Shown here in pieces: positions 25,329-38,700 of a stretch of DNA of 64,000 nt. The position numbers and the translations under genes are program-made. The notes under the pieces are model-generated. The model was not told the origin of the DNA and made no database searches. It was given only the letters and a program-made list of their open reading frames with translations. How positions within the stretch are numbered: position 1 is the first letter of the stretch; each line of letters opens with the position of its first letter. The stretch comes from Camelus ferus (Eukaryota), in NCBI RefSeq assembly GCF_009834535.1, contig NC_045696.1, forward strand, positions 78,990,001-79,054,000, given 5' to 3'.

Positions 25329-28300
25329 GGCTAAAGATTCTTGGGTTTTCTGGAAAACTGTTATGATATTCTGAAAAAAAAAATTGTTCTTTTAAATCTC
25401 ACTGTGGATCATGTACCAAAATTGCCAGTCCTCTTAGGCTTTTGATCTTTATGTGACCTTGCAGTCAAACTGAGTTCTACTGGTTTGGTTACAGAGAATT
25501 CCTTTTAGTTTGGTTCTCAAACGGCCAACTCTCTCACTCTATATGAATTGATCCAAGTGTTCTTTCCCCTTGAAATACCTTTGTGAGGCTTTCTAGAGCA
25601 ATAAACCATTCCTTTCTTAAGTTGCTTTCTATTTTTTTTCCTATTTAAAATTCTGATGCAAAATAATTTGCATTACATATATATAGAACATATCGTTGAT
25701 TCTTATACAGAAACCAAATGATCACACACAGAAATGCATGTGCTTCTTTATAACAGACAGGTTGATTTCTCTCTCCTTGTACAGCTCTGTCCCTCTTATA
25801 CAGACGGAAATGTTTTCTTTATTCCTCACTTCAGAAATTAATGCATTGAGTGGATGTCTAGGTTATGAAACAAATGGAGGAAGATCCTTAATGAAAAACA
25901 AGTCTCTATCTTTTGAACTGCTTTTTGGCTGATAAAGAGTCAATGGGTTAAAGAAAAATAATGATAAATCTAGATATAGTGAATGCACAAACCTGGTTCC
26001 ACTACATGTTATCTTGAAATTAAAAAAAAAAAATGGTCTGTTTGTACAGTTTCTAAGGCAAATACTGTATAGTGTATTTTGCCTTCCGAGTGCATTTGTG
26101 AATTTGCCCTAGAAATTCTGGATGCCTATCAGTGAGAGAGTCACCTCTTGAATGTAATTGGATTAAACGGGTCTGTTGCACACTCCCCAAGAACACTGCA
26201 GAGCTCTCGTGAGTGATTTATTGGTGGCTGCACCCTTTATAATAAGAATAAAAGTGCTGCTGAAAGATCTTTTAGATTAGTATTTGTTAATTTTTTTTTT
26301 TAAGTAGCGGTCCCTTTTACCCCAAGGGCTTATAAACACAAAGGTTAAGAAATATTTTCGGGTCCTTGGGAAAGATGATGTGCTCATAAATTGTGCATTT
26401 CTTCAAGCGCACGAAACTCTGAATGCAAATATTTTTATATCGTCTCTTCTTTTTGAACGGGGCTGCTGTTTTTGTGGACTCTGGACCATGTGGCCTCAAA
26501 GCTGAGGCAGAAGTCACAATTTCATGACATTCTGCTCAAGTTCTAGCTGAAAGAAGGAAAGCAGTAATAAAGAGCAAGTTAGAGGAAGAACCACATACTG
26601 AGAATGGCTAGATAAGTTTCCAGGGAAAATATTTTAAGCAAATGGTACCCAAGACAGGTTATATGTTTATTTATGGGACAAACTTCCACATCTTCTATTA
26701 TGCTCTGAAGTGAATGAATGCTGATCATGCTCCAGTCCCTGGAACTATATGCATTTAAATTAAAAATATAGAAAGTACAGTATACACTGAGGTGGGATCT
26801 ATTGACTGTGTCAGTTACAGCAGCATTTTCATTTTTCCCTTTGTAATAGAAGTCATTGTGTGTGTTCAGGATGGATTCTTGGTCTTTATTTATCTCAGCC
26901 GTGAGAGCGTTTGGGGTTTTAAAAGCTATTGATTTTTTAAAAAGGGATCGTAGTCCTATTCTGTGGTATCCTCAACTTCTATTTCAGATCTGTCATAAAG
27001 TGGTATTCAATGCAGATGGTCCAGCACTTGGTGATGCATTTTAGGCACCTTGTTTACTGCGTCTTGAAAAATTTGGATACTTGTTTAATTTTAAAGACTA
27101 AAAAATAATTTTGTTTTGATTAATGACTTTATTTTCTCCTCTCTTTCTTTTGACAATTTGATAAACAAGGCCCTCAACTGTGACAATAGAGGTTGCAACA
27201 CGGGCACTTTAATATGTTTTTCATTTTCATATTCTCTCAAGGCCTCTTAAGTAATCTATTTTCCCTTATAGTCACTTTTTAAAAAATTTTCCCTGGCCTC
27301 TGAATCTTACTGCCTTCTCTCCTAAAGGAAGGTATCTGAACCTTTGTTTGCCCCTAGAACAAATTGTTTGTTCTTCTTCAAATTAATCATTGACTTAGGT
27401 TATTAATGTCAACACAAAACAAATCTTGAAATAAAGTGGGTTTTTTTCCATCCTTCTATGATATTACTTTATTTATATCACGACATTACAGGGAAAAACA
27501 CAAAATGTAATGAATGTTAAGTATATATTATATAGTAAAATCTATTAAAACTTCATTTGCATTCATAATGATTTACAAGTCTCTGCCCTGAGCAGCAAAT
27601 GGTTCCACACCGCAGGAATATAAAGCAAAAGATGGCAACAAAAAATCTTTCCTGAGACAAAGAACCCATTTGCCTTCTTCCCCTGTTACATAGGTTGGGG
27701 ATTAAGAGAATTCCATACATTACCACGATTCTCACTCCTAACTATTCAAATGAGAGAAGCATGGGGCGAGGGATCCTTATAATTAATTATGAAGAGCATT
27801 ATATGAGCACGGGCAAACACGAACACACTAAAATTAATTTTGTAGCGGCCACAGATATAGCTGTGGCATAGAACTTTACACTACGTTCAAAGGCCAGGAT
27901 ATACAGTCATGAAAAATCCCAGAGAAAGAGTCTATGCAAAGATTTAAACCTCATATTTGGACTGGGATTTTGAGAGTGAGAGAGTGGGCCATATTTGTTA
28001 GTTAAATCACTTAAAACTTGGCAACAGTATACATTTTTTTTTCTTTCACACCATCTTTGTGGCTCAGGATAATAAATGCATTTTATACCTTTAGCAATTT
28101 CTGTATGCATTGGCAAGCTTTGTAATTTTACACTTAACTACTATAGAAAAGCGGATCAGCTTGTTCTCACTATCCTAAATATAAAACAAAATGGCTTTAA
28201 GGAGATGAGTGCTTCAAATGAACTCCTACCTGCTTGTTAAAAAACAACCCCAAAACGAATGGTTTGTGTATGAAAAAATGATAGTATCCTTCAGAAAAAA

Positions 28301-28690
28301 ATTTATATTACATCCCCAGATTAATTGCACTTTGGATGCTAAAAAATGATGGCTGAATTTTGTCTTTGGAGATTTATTACTGGAAAAATTAAAAACAACA
28401 TTACAAAATACAAACTTAGAGATTCTGCTATAATATTTAGATTTATAATAAGAAAACAGTGGATTCCTGTATTATATATCATTTAAAGTTGCATTTTTCA
28501 CATTTTTTTCAAATAAAGCAACACTTTTAATATTTTGAAAAGTTTTGAGATTGATTGGGGAAGTAGGAGGAAAAATTTTCATGAATTTTACCACAAAGCT
28601 ATAAAGGTTGTTAAAATTCAGTTTTTCTTCTCAATCATTTTAAGTAAGTATATGATTTTTATAGCTGCTTAATATAGAATTATAAAATGT

Positions 28691-28817
28691 GCAGATGTAA
28701 ACTACTATATATAAAATTGATAAACAACAAGGTCCTGCTGCATAGCTCAGGGAACTATATTCAATATCTTATAATAATCTGTAATGAAAAAGAAGGAAAA
28801 TATAAAATAAAATAAAA
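28691..28817 (+). mobile_element. Short 5'-truncated cetartiodactyl-type L1 3' end
   Basis: gataaacaacaaggtcctgctgcatagctcagggaactatattcaatatctt followed by an A-rich tail; imperfect TSD ataaaatgtg/ataaaatctg. Confidence 0.75.
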
Positions 28818-29003
28818 TCTGTACTGTTTTCTGCACTTAACATTATGCTATATTCACTCCTCTATATTTCTGAGGTTTTTATCCTATCATTTTAAAGGCC
28901 GTAATGAATATTTTTACATATATCATTTTTTAAAGAGTATATATTAAAGTTATTAACAATTGAAATAATGTCTCAAAATCAGGGGGAAAAAGTTAAAAAT
29001 CAC

Positions 29004-29205
29004 GTTTTTTAAACTTTTATTGAGTTACAGTCATTTGACAATGTTGTGTTAAATTCCAGTGCAGAGCACAATTTTTCAGTTACACTTGAACATACATATA
29101 TTCATTGTCACACTTTTTTTGCTGTGAGCTACCACAAGATCTTGTATATATTTCCCCGTGCTATACAGTATAATCTTGTTTATCTATTCTACATTTTGAA
29201 ATCCC
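29004..29205 (-). mobile_element. Young 5'-truncated L1 3' end (camelid-type) with perfect 13-bp TSD
   Basis: T-rich antisense tail followed by L1 3'UTR; agttaaaaatcac is repeated at 28991-29003 and 29206-29218. Confidence 0.88.
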
Positions 29206-31837
29206 AGTTAAAAATCACTTATTTAACCAGTCACGTTAAATTCAAAATTGTACATATACATGCTTCATCAAATATTTATGAAAGGAATCACACTCACTTT
29301 ATTGTAGTTGAGATTCTTGACTATGGTCGGAGCTCAAATACTGTTAAAAACTACAGCATACGTAAGTTCACTTTAAAAAGTTAAACTTCTTTCCAGACAT
29401 CTTTTTAAATTTGTTTGCTGCCAACAAACTGGATATACTAGCTATTGCACTTTCAACAAGTTATTTAACAACAGATAAAAATTAGGATTTTACCAATCAG
29501 ATTTTTAATTAGAGGAATTAAAAAAATGTCCTCTTTCCCCTCCTCCTCGGGCTCTCCTTCCCCATGCTATAATCCTCTGCTGTGAAGGACAGAAGACAAA
29601 GGATCTTCCCTCAAAGTGTTAAGGATCAGACCCAGGGACTACAATACAAGTAGAATGTGGGAAGTACCTTAAGATGAAGAGCTATGCGTTTTGAAAATTC
29701 TTCAGCATGGACTTTTGAAAATCAAGGAAGAAGGAAATTTTAACAAGACTCAATGGATAAGAGTGAAATCACTTATGGGAACTATATTGCCAAAGAAGTT
29801 ATTTGATTCATACTTGATTTATGAGAGCACAACTTCATGAAAACATATTCACAAAGGAGTGACAATAGAAAGAATTCAGCAGAGCGACTGAAGGTCTAAT
29901 AAATGCTATTTTTCTTAATTTGAACTGGAAGTTTTCAACCATTCCATCCTAAGAAGCATATTTTCCCCAACATTTTATTTGAAAAATTTTCTAATATAGA
30001 GCAAAAGAAAAAGAAAACAGTAAGCATTCATATAACTATACCTAACACTTAATTACACTTGCTTGATCATGTGTGCCATCCCTCCATTTTTAAGGAGCAA
30101 ATTTTAAGAAATAATTTTTTTTATATTTTTATAATTGCAAATTGTATGAAATTGAATCACATTTCACAACCAATACGTATTTTATATAGGATAGTGTTGT
30201 TTTTCTTTCAAGGATTGTTTCTAACTTGGTGATGATTCTTACAATCAAAGATATTTTATAATTGAGGAAATATAGTCTTAGTTTTGATGAAAAAAGATGA
30301 ATTACAGTTCAATCTTCCTATTTAGTTTTTTTTTTAAAAGAGTTCATATTGCTTAAATATTTGAAGTTACCTTTAGTAAGACAGCAAGACTGAAGCTCAT
30401 GATTCCAGTATAAAAACATGAATCATGACTGAATTACAGAAGAACAGACTTTTATGGCATATAAAAGAGTGGAGCAAAGATTACAAGGAGAATTTGGAGC
30501 ATTAAATGTCAGAAACAGTATTTTCTCAGGGAAGTTATTAACAGGTTGACATCACTAACTCTTTATTTAGGCCAGGTAATCCTTTCTCATCATTTTTTAC
30601 TTCTGAATTCTGATAACCACTACCATAGTCTCACCCTTATTTTGATTATCTGGATTCTTCCATTTTCTGAATTCTTAGAGAACAAAGGATATATGAATAT
30701 AATTTACATGTTCAGTCTCTTTTGATTCTCCCCCTGGCCCTGTCCCAGTTTTTCACTCAATACCATCTTTTCAAAGAGTAGAAAGGAGTATTTTTTTTTT
30801 TGTTTTTGTTTTAAGTAAAACCTGGAGAAAAGGGGCTATCAGAAGTTACATGGATTTTTATTGTAATCTAGTTATTAATGAATCTTCTTCAGGAATGACT
30901 GTTAGTTAAATAAATTGACTATAGCTGTAATTTAAGTGCCTGCACAACCTTAGAAAAATACATGAATAACTGAAAAGGAGAGAAGTTATAAAAACAACAA
31001 CAACTGGGGTTTGGAATTTCTGTATTAGTACTTAATTATCAGAAATTGTTAAGTAATCAGCTATTTCATGTAATTATTTCTTCCCATATCCCCTCCCACA
31101 CAGAAGTACTAAATTAAAAAAAAATCCTTCTAAAATATGCGAAAAATAGTTTCTACTTTATAAAATATGAATTCTAATTGTAACTTACTAACAATTTAGC
31201 AGAAGCATCACTGTTTTGTATTCATTGTACTGCAAAATACAAAGTTATATTTTTTCTCCCAGAAAAACAGGATGAATGAATTCTCCACAGGATGAATGGT
31301 TCTTGGGCTCTTTGTTGCTGTTGTGTTTTTATTTTTGTTTTATCCATAATACACAGATGTTTTGTCCCTGTGCTCACACTCGAGCTACCAGCTCTCTCTC
31401 CTCATTCCCTCATTCTTGTCAGAAACCCTGTCACTAATGGCCAGTATCTTTTCATCTGTTCCTTATTTGCTGTGCTTATAAGGGATAAAATTGAGATCAG
31501 CGTATTAGCACTGGTTGCAAAAGAAGAACAAAATCTCTGAGGATTTGAGAGTTTTTAAAGAATAAATTGCATGAGCATTAGCATATGAACTTTCTGACAT
31601 CTAGTTTTTAAATATTCAAAGACTTAAAAATCCATATTTTTAAATCTGTTTCAAACAGTTAATTATGTTCCAAATTTTAAGTGACCTCAAAATATGGGGT
31701 GCTATTGAATATTATAAATCAAATTCTTTTAAAATTGCTTAATATTTTTAATTTAAATAGAGAGGCAGGTACAAAAACATAATTTGAAAAATAAAATTTA
31801 TTTCTTAGACTCTCATTTTAATACAGATCATCAGTCA

Positions 31838-31891
<54 letters not shown>
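31838..31891. repeat. (AAT)18 microsatellite
   Basis: Perfect trinucleotide run; produces the poly-N and poly-L spurious ORFs. Confidence 0.98.
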
Positions 31892-31894
<3 letters not shown>

Positions 31895-32779
31895 GTAGCC
31901 ATTGTACATTTTTTAGCATCAGTCTTGCAGCCTAAATGGTTCATATTAGAAACTCCTACTGCTACCTGATATGAACTAAACTGGGTAGTAGAAATATCCT
32001 TAAATTTAATTAAATAATTCAAGCTAAGTTTCCATAATTTAAGTGTCCCCCTTTTCCCAAGTTATAAATAAATATAATGCATGCCTTTCTCCTTCTGATG
32101 CAAACCAACATAGAGGAATGCAGATTTTTTCCTGACCGGGTTACAACTCATGGCTAAGTACAAAGCAGAGAGATGCAGCTCACCCACTGATGACTATGAT
32201 CTTAAGCTCAGCAGCCCACTTCTGAGACTTCTGACATTTAATTGCCACCGGAATGATAGGAAAGGGTGAATTTGTTCTGTTTGTTATGATTCAGCATCTC
32301 TGTCCCATTGCCTGTATAATTTGCATGTAGGCATTGGTGAAATGGTAGTTCGGACAGAAATTATGACAGCAGGGTGAAAATAATCAGAGGTAATATATGG
32401 AGATCATGCACAGTCTTTAGCCAAATGCAATAACATTGCAATCTGACAGATAAGGAAGAGAAAATATACTTACTTTTACAAGTACACATATGCATACACA
32501 TAATTATATCATGGTATTTTGTTTCACTAAAATAATAAAGAAAATATAATCTGTGTTTACAGAAATCCAGCCAATTTTAAAGGAAATGTTCTTTAGATTT
32601 GTAGGTGGGGAAGGAGAATGCAAGATACTCCCAGAGTAGGAAGCTGCAAAGCACGAATGAAGTAAAATTTCTCTTAAAATAACACATCCAATGATACTAA
32701 TAATGATAATAATGTAAAAGAGCAGTAAATAAATTGGCAGTCCTTTTCTTTTCAAAGACTCTGATGCAAAATAGGGAAA

Positions 32780-32945
32780 GTAATTTGTATCCGTAATATC
32801 ATTTTACTGGGAAAAAAAATGAACAAGGTCTCAAAGATTGGATAACAACCCTCGTGTTACACAGGTCAGAAGGGGCAGTCAGGATTTAAGGTCTGACCTT
32901 TCTTCTGACCCTAGAGGTTAAGCTCTTCCCATTAAGGCCATTACC
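32780..32945 (-). mobile_element. MIR fragment
   Basis: cattttactggg...gttacacaggtcagaaggggcagtcaggattt. Confidence 0.5.
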
Positions 32946-34819
32946 ATTTTTTGTTTGTCTGGTTTTTGTTTTTGAAATGTCCGCATACTTTCTTATGAGA
33001 AAGAATCCCGTATAAACATGAACAAGAAAACAAAATTAAGACAACATTGAATTTTAGAGATATAACAGCCTTTAGAAACAACAGTAGTCTAAATTTCTGC
33101 CCAGAACTCTTCAGATGGACAACTGATTATTACTAATACTTTCAGTAAATGCTATTGAACACCTCTGTGTTGTCCTCAATGGGTAGACTGTGCTGATTCC
33201 TGGATGTAACAAAAAGGAGGGTTTTCAAAACTTTCTCCCAAAAGGATGAATCTAACACATATGGTGGTCATCCTTGTGCAACATTAGATTTTATAAATCA
33301 ATTAGCAAAATGAACTGTTTTACATAAGCTGCTGTCCTTGAAAGCCTTACTAAATAGTAGTTCTTCTAAAAATACAATAAAGACATCATTTTGAAATATT
33401 CTACTTAAGTTTTTAGCAGTACAGAGTATTTTTCCTCTGTAGGCAAAGGGTTATCTAGCATAGATAGTTAAATGTTTGACTGTTTGGCTTTGTTCCTCCA
33501 TCGCCGACTCCCAGTGCAGTGACATTAGGAAACATCTTTATAATTCATTAGAGAGTAACTGCACATCTGTGAGATTTTTCTGGCTTTTGTTCCCTCTAAG
33601 ACCAAATTTTTGATAATTTGAGCTACAGTAAAAATGTGCCTTCCTTTTCTGATTATTGTTAACCAAAATTTTGAGCAATAAAGATTGAATATGCCAACAT
33701 TCTTCATGTTATTGGACTATATTCTGAGCATCCTGACCATCCCTACAGTTAGTCTGATGTTACCTAATCTATTATCACAACTTCAGAAAGTAAACTGCTT
33801 CCCTTAAATAAGACAAGTTTCACTTAAAAGCCAAGTTAGTGAAGCTGTTTTGTGATTTCAATGACGTAGTTGTGCATTAAACTCCTGTAAAATTAGTCAG
33901 GCTACCTAAATCGACATATTCCCATTTTAATGGAGCAACACTTTAAAAGTAGTGCCACGCTTCATTTCCTCCCACGATGTGTTCTCACAACCTCACTTTA
34001 AAAGTGGGAACAGATATTTTTTTCTTGGAAAAAGAAATCTATTTTTCTTTGTAATTTGTCACTTGATATGTCCATCAGAGTGCTGATTTAGCAGCAAAAC
34101 ATGCACATATGATACATAAAGTAAACTCTCCTTGGGGAATCAGTTTCAAATGTCCAGTTGTTTGAACAAATCAGCTTTGATAAACAGCTGCAGAAAACTC
34201 CGTAGATGTGAATGGTTTCCAAGCTGGCCTACCAAGAGCTGCTTAGGATAAGAGAAATTTGAGTTTAGTTACCATTGTCAGTGATTTCCGAGAGTTCCAA
34301 ACAATCTCAGCCTCCTTGATCAAGTGGTGGTGCTCTTTAAAAGTAAAAGAGGGTATACAGATAGAAAACATTAGCTTTCTCCTGTATCCAAAATGTGCAG
34401 TCATCCTCACCGAGAAATGCTATTAAAAAAGAAATCTACTTGACTTGCATGTTTGATTGTTTTGGTTTAAAATATTCTGTGCCCTCTGCCAGCCTTCTCC
34501 CTGGCATTTTCTCAGTGGGTAAGGTAAATATCTTGAGCTAAGAAAGGCCATGTCTTTTTCTTAAAAATGGAACTCAGAGGTTTGGATAATGGAACTCTTT
34601 GTTGGATCAGATCAGAAGCTACCTGCTATTAAAGAAAGCTGTTATAGGTATGTTAGCACCAAACTGTGACACTTTCATGGCTACACTTAGAATTATGAAA
34701 GAAAAATGGGCAGAAACCATTTCCCAAAACATTTTTTTACTGAGAGCACAAACAATCCTAATGGCAGTTACCTCATTTTTTGATTACCTGTGATATAGGA
34801 AAGATTTAAAATATGTCAT

Positions 34820-34990
34820 CTCTACTTGTCCCCAGACTCTGCCAGGTAGATACTGTTGCCTGCATTTCACACATGCAGAAATAAGGGAATCAGAAATTTT
34901 AAACTGATTAACTATGATTATATCAATAGGTAAGGCTAGGCATGGGACTTGAGCCTTGAATTTTGATCTCTCCCTGACTTCAGTTTGTTT
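34820..34990 (-). mobile_element. MIR fragment
   Basis: aggtagatactgttgcctgcatttcacacatgcagaaa...gggacttgagcc. Confidence 0.5.
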
Positions 34991-35214
34991 CTTCTTTCTC
35001 TACTACAGTGTCTTTATTTTTGACTCTACAGAAACTTCATCTTGCAAAAATTATATATGAACAGGAAACAAGAAAGAAGGTCAAAGAATTTTATGGTTCT
35101 CATATGGGACCTCAGCAAGACCTTACTGAGTACAGTGATGAGTGCAAAACAAATGCTAAGATTACTCACTAGTTCAGTGATTTGCTCTCCTGCATTTACT
35201 TTGGAGTTTCAAAA

Positions 35215-35550
35215 CACGGCGATTTAAATTTTGTGGTGCCTGAATCTGATTACAATCTGGGGGTAACTTCTTTAAGAAAAAGAAAAAATACCCAAACACT
35301 AATTTATGTACAAAATAAATATTTATTTAGAATAAGACAGTGAAACAACAAATATTGAAATCTTGAGGATTCAAATACCTTTCTTTTGAGATCTCTTTAC
35401 CAGAAATACAAAGAAGTGGTTCATGAACCGACATCCCCTCTCAACCTAGAACATTGTATACCTTCCAGTAACTCTCAGTACTCACAGGGGCCTATGCAAA
35501 TAAGAGGTCCTGAACTTTAAGCTTCGTCAACATCATGTAAATTACTTTGA
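35215..35550. mobile_element. Non-autonomous hAT element (MamRep38/hAT-N1_Mam/MER53-like)
   Basis: Left end ttttgtggtgcctgaa...tctttaagaaaaag; right end ggggcctatgcaaataagaggtcctgaactttaagcttc resembles the MER53-type terminus. Confidence 0.55.
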
Positions 35551-35667
35551 CTATGGATGATTCAAACATATTTCAGTAATATTACAAGTAACAAAACTTC
35601 GGGTTGCCCACCTTAAATCCACAGCCACCAACGAGTTTTAGAAACACATACCCAAGTATGTGAACGT

Positions 35668-35670
<3 letters not shown>

Positions 35671-35706
<36 letters not shown>
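35671..35706. repeat. (CA)18 microsatellite
   Basis: Perfect dinucleotide run. Confidence 0.98.
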
Positions 35707-35707
<1 letters not shown>

Positions 35708-38700
35708 GCACTCACACATTTTATGGTTCTGAGGCAGGAGGAACTAACACTTAACTCTCCCTGGCAGCTTCAAGAAAGGTCTCATAGGAGATATGACAAT
35801 TAAATTGTATTGAGAAAGATGTATAGGAGTTTGTTAAGCCAAGAGAACATAGAGAAGCATTTTTAGTTGAGATGAAAGCAGCTTTGACTGAACACAGTGG
35901 AGCACCATCTGGGTCTTCTCTGACCCATCCTGAATCCCTGTCACCTGTATAGATCCAGACCCACTGTGAGTGCTCAGGAGTCCTCAGTGAAGTTTGAATA
36001 GAGCGACAGAAGGAAGGCTAAGGCTTTATCTCTGTCTGCCCACAAAACAGCTAAACCGATAAAGGAATTTGGGTCTAATGGTTAGAGATCAGATCTTAAA
36101 TATACTTCTAAAATTGAGAATTATGACATGCTTGTATCACTTCCAAAAAGGACAAAATTTATTTGAAAAAATTTTGTTTTTAAAATTATAAAACATCTTG
36201 GTGTGTTTTATTGGTTAAATTTTGGACATAAGTTATCATGTACATTGGGCAAATAACATATAATATGTTATATCTTGTAGATAATAGAATATAAATTATA
36301 ATTTAATTGGGTTAGCAATTACAAGCTAATTGAATGATACAGTGTGGGCAGAGATAGTAAAATAAAGTGCTGTTGCTTAGTTTAATTACTATCTCAGATA
36401 TTGTTACACCCACAGTGAATCTTCATACAACAATGTAAAGTATATATTTTTAGTATTAAATTAGCTATTTCTATGCATGATTTGATACTGGTAAAGTTAA
36501 TTAAAGCAATGAAATTAAGATATCAATAGCTTATTTTCAGCTGTATGGAGATTCATATCTAATACACAAGAATCAATAATCCACATAGGGACTACTCTAT
36601 GACCTCTTTATTTTTCTTTTTAGTTCTAAAGGTAAAAAAATAAGTATCTTGAAATAGATTTTATCTTTCCTCTAAGATATTCTTTAATACACCAATGCTT
36701 ATGAGGTTTAGTGCTAAAGACTAAAGGAAGAGTCATATTAATTTGCAGAAATGTCTACTTCCCTGTGGCTCCATTCTGCCCTCAATTAGAATGTGTAATT
36801 CCTGGCAGGTTATACTGCCAACATGAATGTCAGAAATAAATTCTGATTCATTTTGTGACATTTTCAATCATGTCTGGCATTTATTTTAAAGGACCACTTA
36901 ATCAAAATAGTTTCTAATCTAAGGGCTCTGATTATCATTTAAATTGATTTGCTATTTATTGATTGATTATGGAATACAATCAACTAGTATTACATGGTTT
37001 AAAACCATTATCTTCCTGTAATAACTTGTCTTGACAGTATGCTTCCTTAAAATAAATTATTGATTATATCCTAAATTTCTCAGATCTGAGGACATGGAAA
37101 GATATATTTTTCAAATATTAATGGAATTGTTTTCTACAGATGTGTTAAAAATTAAGTTAAAACTATTTGTAAGAACTCTTTTTAATGCCACTGAAATTTG
37201 GCATGAAAATATGGTAGATTCTATGCCACTCTGTCAAATAGCTCCTCTAGCTCATCCACGGTCCTGTTAGCAGCACTCCAAGAGATATCTAGGTAATTAA
37301 ACCTTGCTCTGGTTCTGTAGCACTAAATTCAGGAATGTACTTGGTTCAAGTGGGGTAATCTTAGGAAGGGCAAGAGTGATGAATGAAACATTTGTTCAGA
37401 ATTAAGTGAACAAGGGACGTACTAAAGACTAGCTATCCTACTGTGCATTGTACAACCCTAAGATTGATTACAAGCTCCTGGCTCAGATGTGGCGGCCATC
37501 AGCATACATCTGGACAGGGCTGTCCCCCAGTCTGCTTAACCCTCGTGTTTTTAAGGCTGAGCTGAAGGGAGCAGTTGAGCCTTCAGAAGGTCTGATGTGA
37601 TCCTTACTCACTAAGATCATCCACAACTGTTTCCACTAGGGAGGCCACGCTGGGGGATCCCAGAAGCTTACATCATCATCATATTTGTGGCAGGATAATG
37701 TGGCTGGTTTCTCTGCTGTCAACTTTGTGCTGGCTACACTTTCTAATCTTTAGAGAAGTAAACTTTGTGGAATTTGCTGAAGTTAAACCCATGTCTAATC
37801 CTGAATACTGCGTCTTGCATTTTGCTCCAGATTTTCAATGTTTTCAACAAGAAAATAAGTAATACCTCAGAAATTAAACTTACTATTTTCATATTTTAAT
37901 TGGTTATAAGTATGAAAAACAGCTTTGAATTAAATATTTCCTTTTTCATATCTATGTTTCTACTAAAATAAACATAATTTAAGTTAGTGTGAAATTATAA
38001 TCACAAGCAACACCTAAACCATAGAAGCCTAACCATAAATATTAGCACATCATCATCTCTGCCAACAGAAAATGGGCAATAATTGTGATTTACAAAGTCT
38101 GTTTAATTCTCTTTATTTTCCTAGGATTTAAACAGAGCCAGTCTTAAGGCAGAAGCCCATGAATGTTATCATTACCTCAATCCTCTATTCAGAATTAAGT
38201 CTATTATTTTGAGATGCTCCTTCTACACCGAATTCCAAATAAGCTTATGTTACAAACATTCCCAGAAGAGTCCTGTTCCTGACCTTTCTGCTGCATTCAA
38301 TTTGATTGACATCTTTTCTGCATATTATATAGGTCTCTGCTTTCTGCAAGTGTATCTGATAAACCAGTCTTTGCTTTTGTACTGGGTGGGAGCCAGCAGT
38401 TTACTTACTGTGTCATTCCAGGCAATATTTACATTTTAACTCAGGATATTATAAGTGCTCTAAAAATAGCAGTTCTCATTTTTTTAACCAAAAATAAAAA
38501 TCGCTTCATTTTTTCCCCCTGTAGACCCTATGTTTTAGAAGATTTTGACTATCATTTTGTATTTTTGTGGAAATAATTGATCCAAATGGCCACTGTGATG
38601 ACCAGATATGTGATATAGTAAGTAAGTCTGTTCCACCAATCACATTCCAGTGATGCCAGTAATAGTTCATCTGAGTTTCCGATTAGCATGAAATTAAGAC

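Noticed and set aside
31784..32022. Poly-Asn and poly-Leu ORFs
   Set aside because: Translations of the (AAT)18 microsatellite.
37632..37648. CTCF-like ccactagggaggcc
   Set aside because: An A interrupts the conserved G-run of the core; poor match.
38100..38200. Strong + strand acceptor ctctttattttcctag
   Set aside because: No convincing downstream donor or recognisable coding frame.
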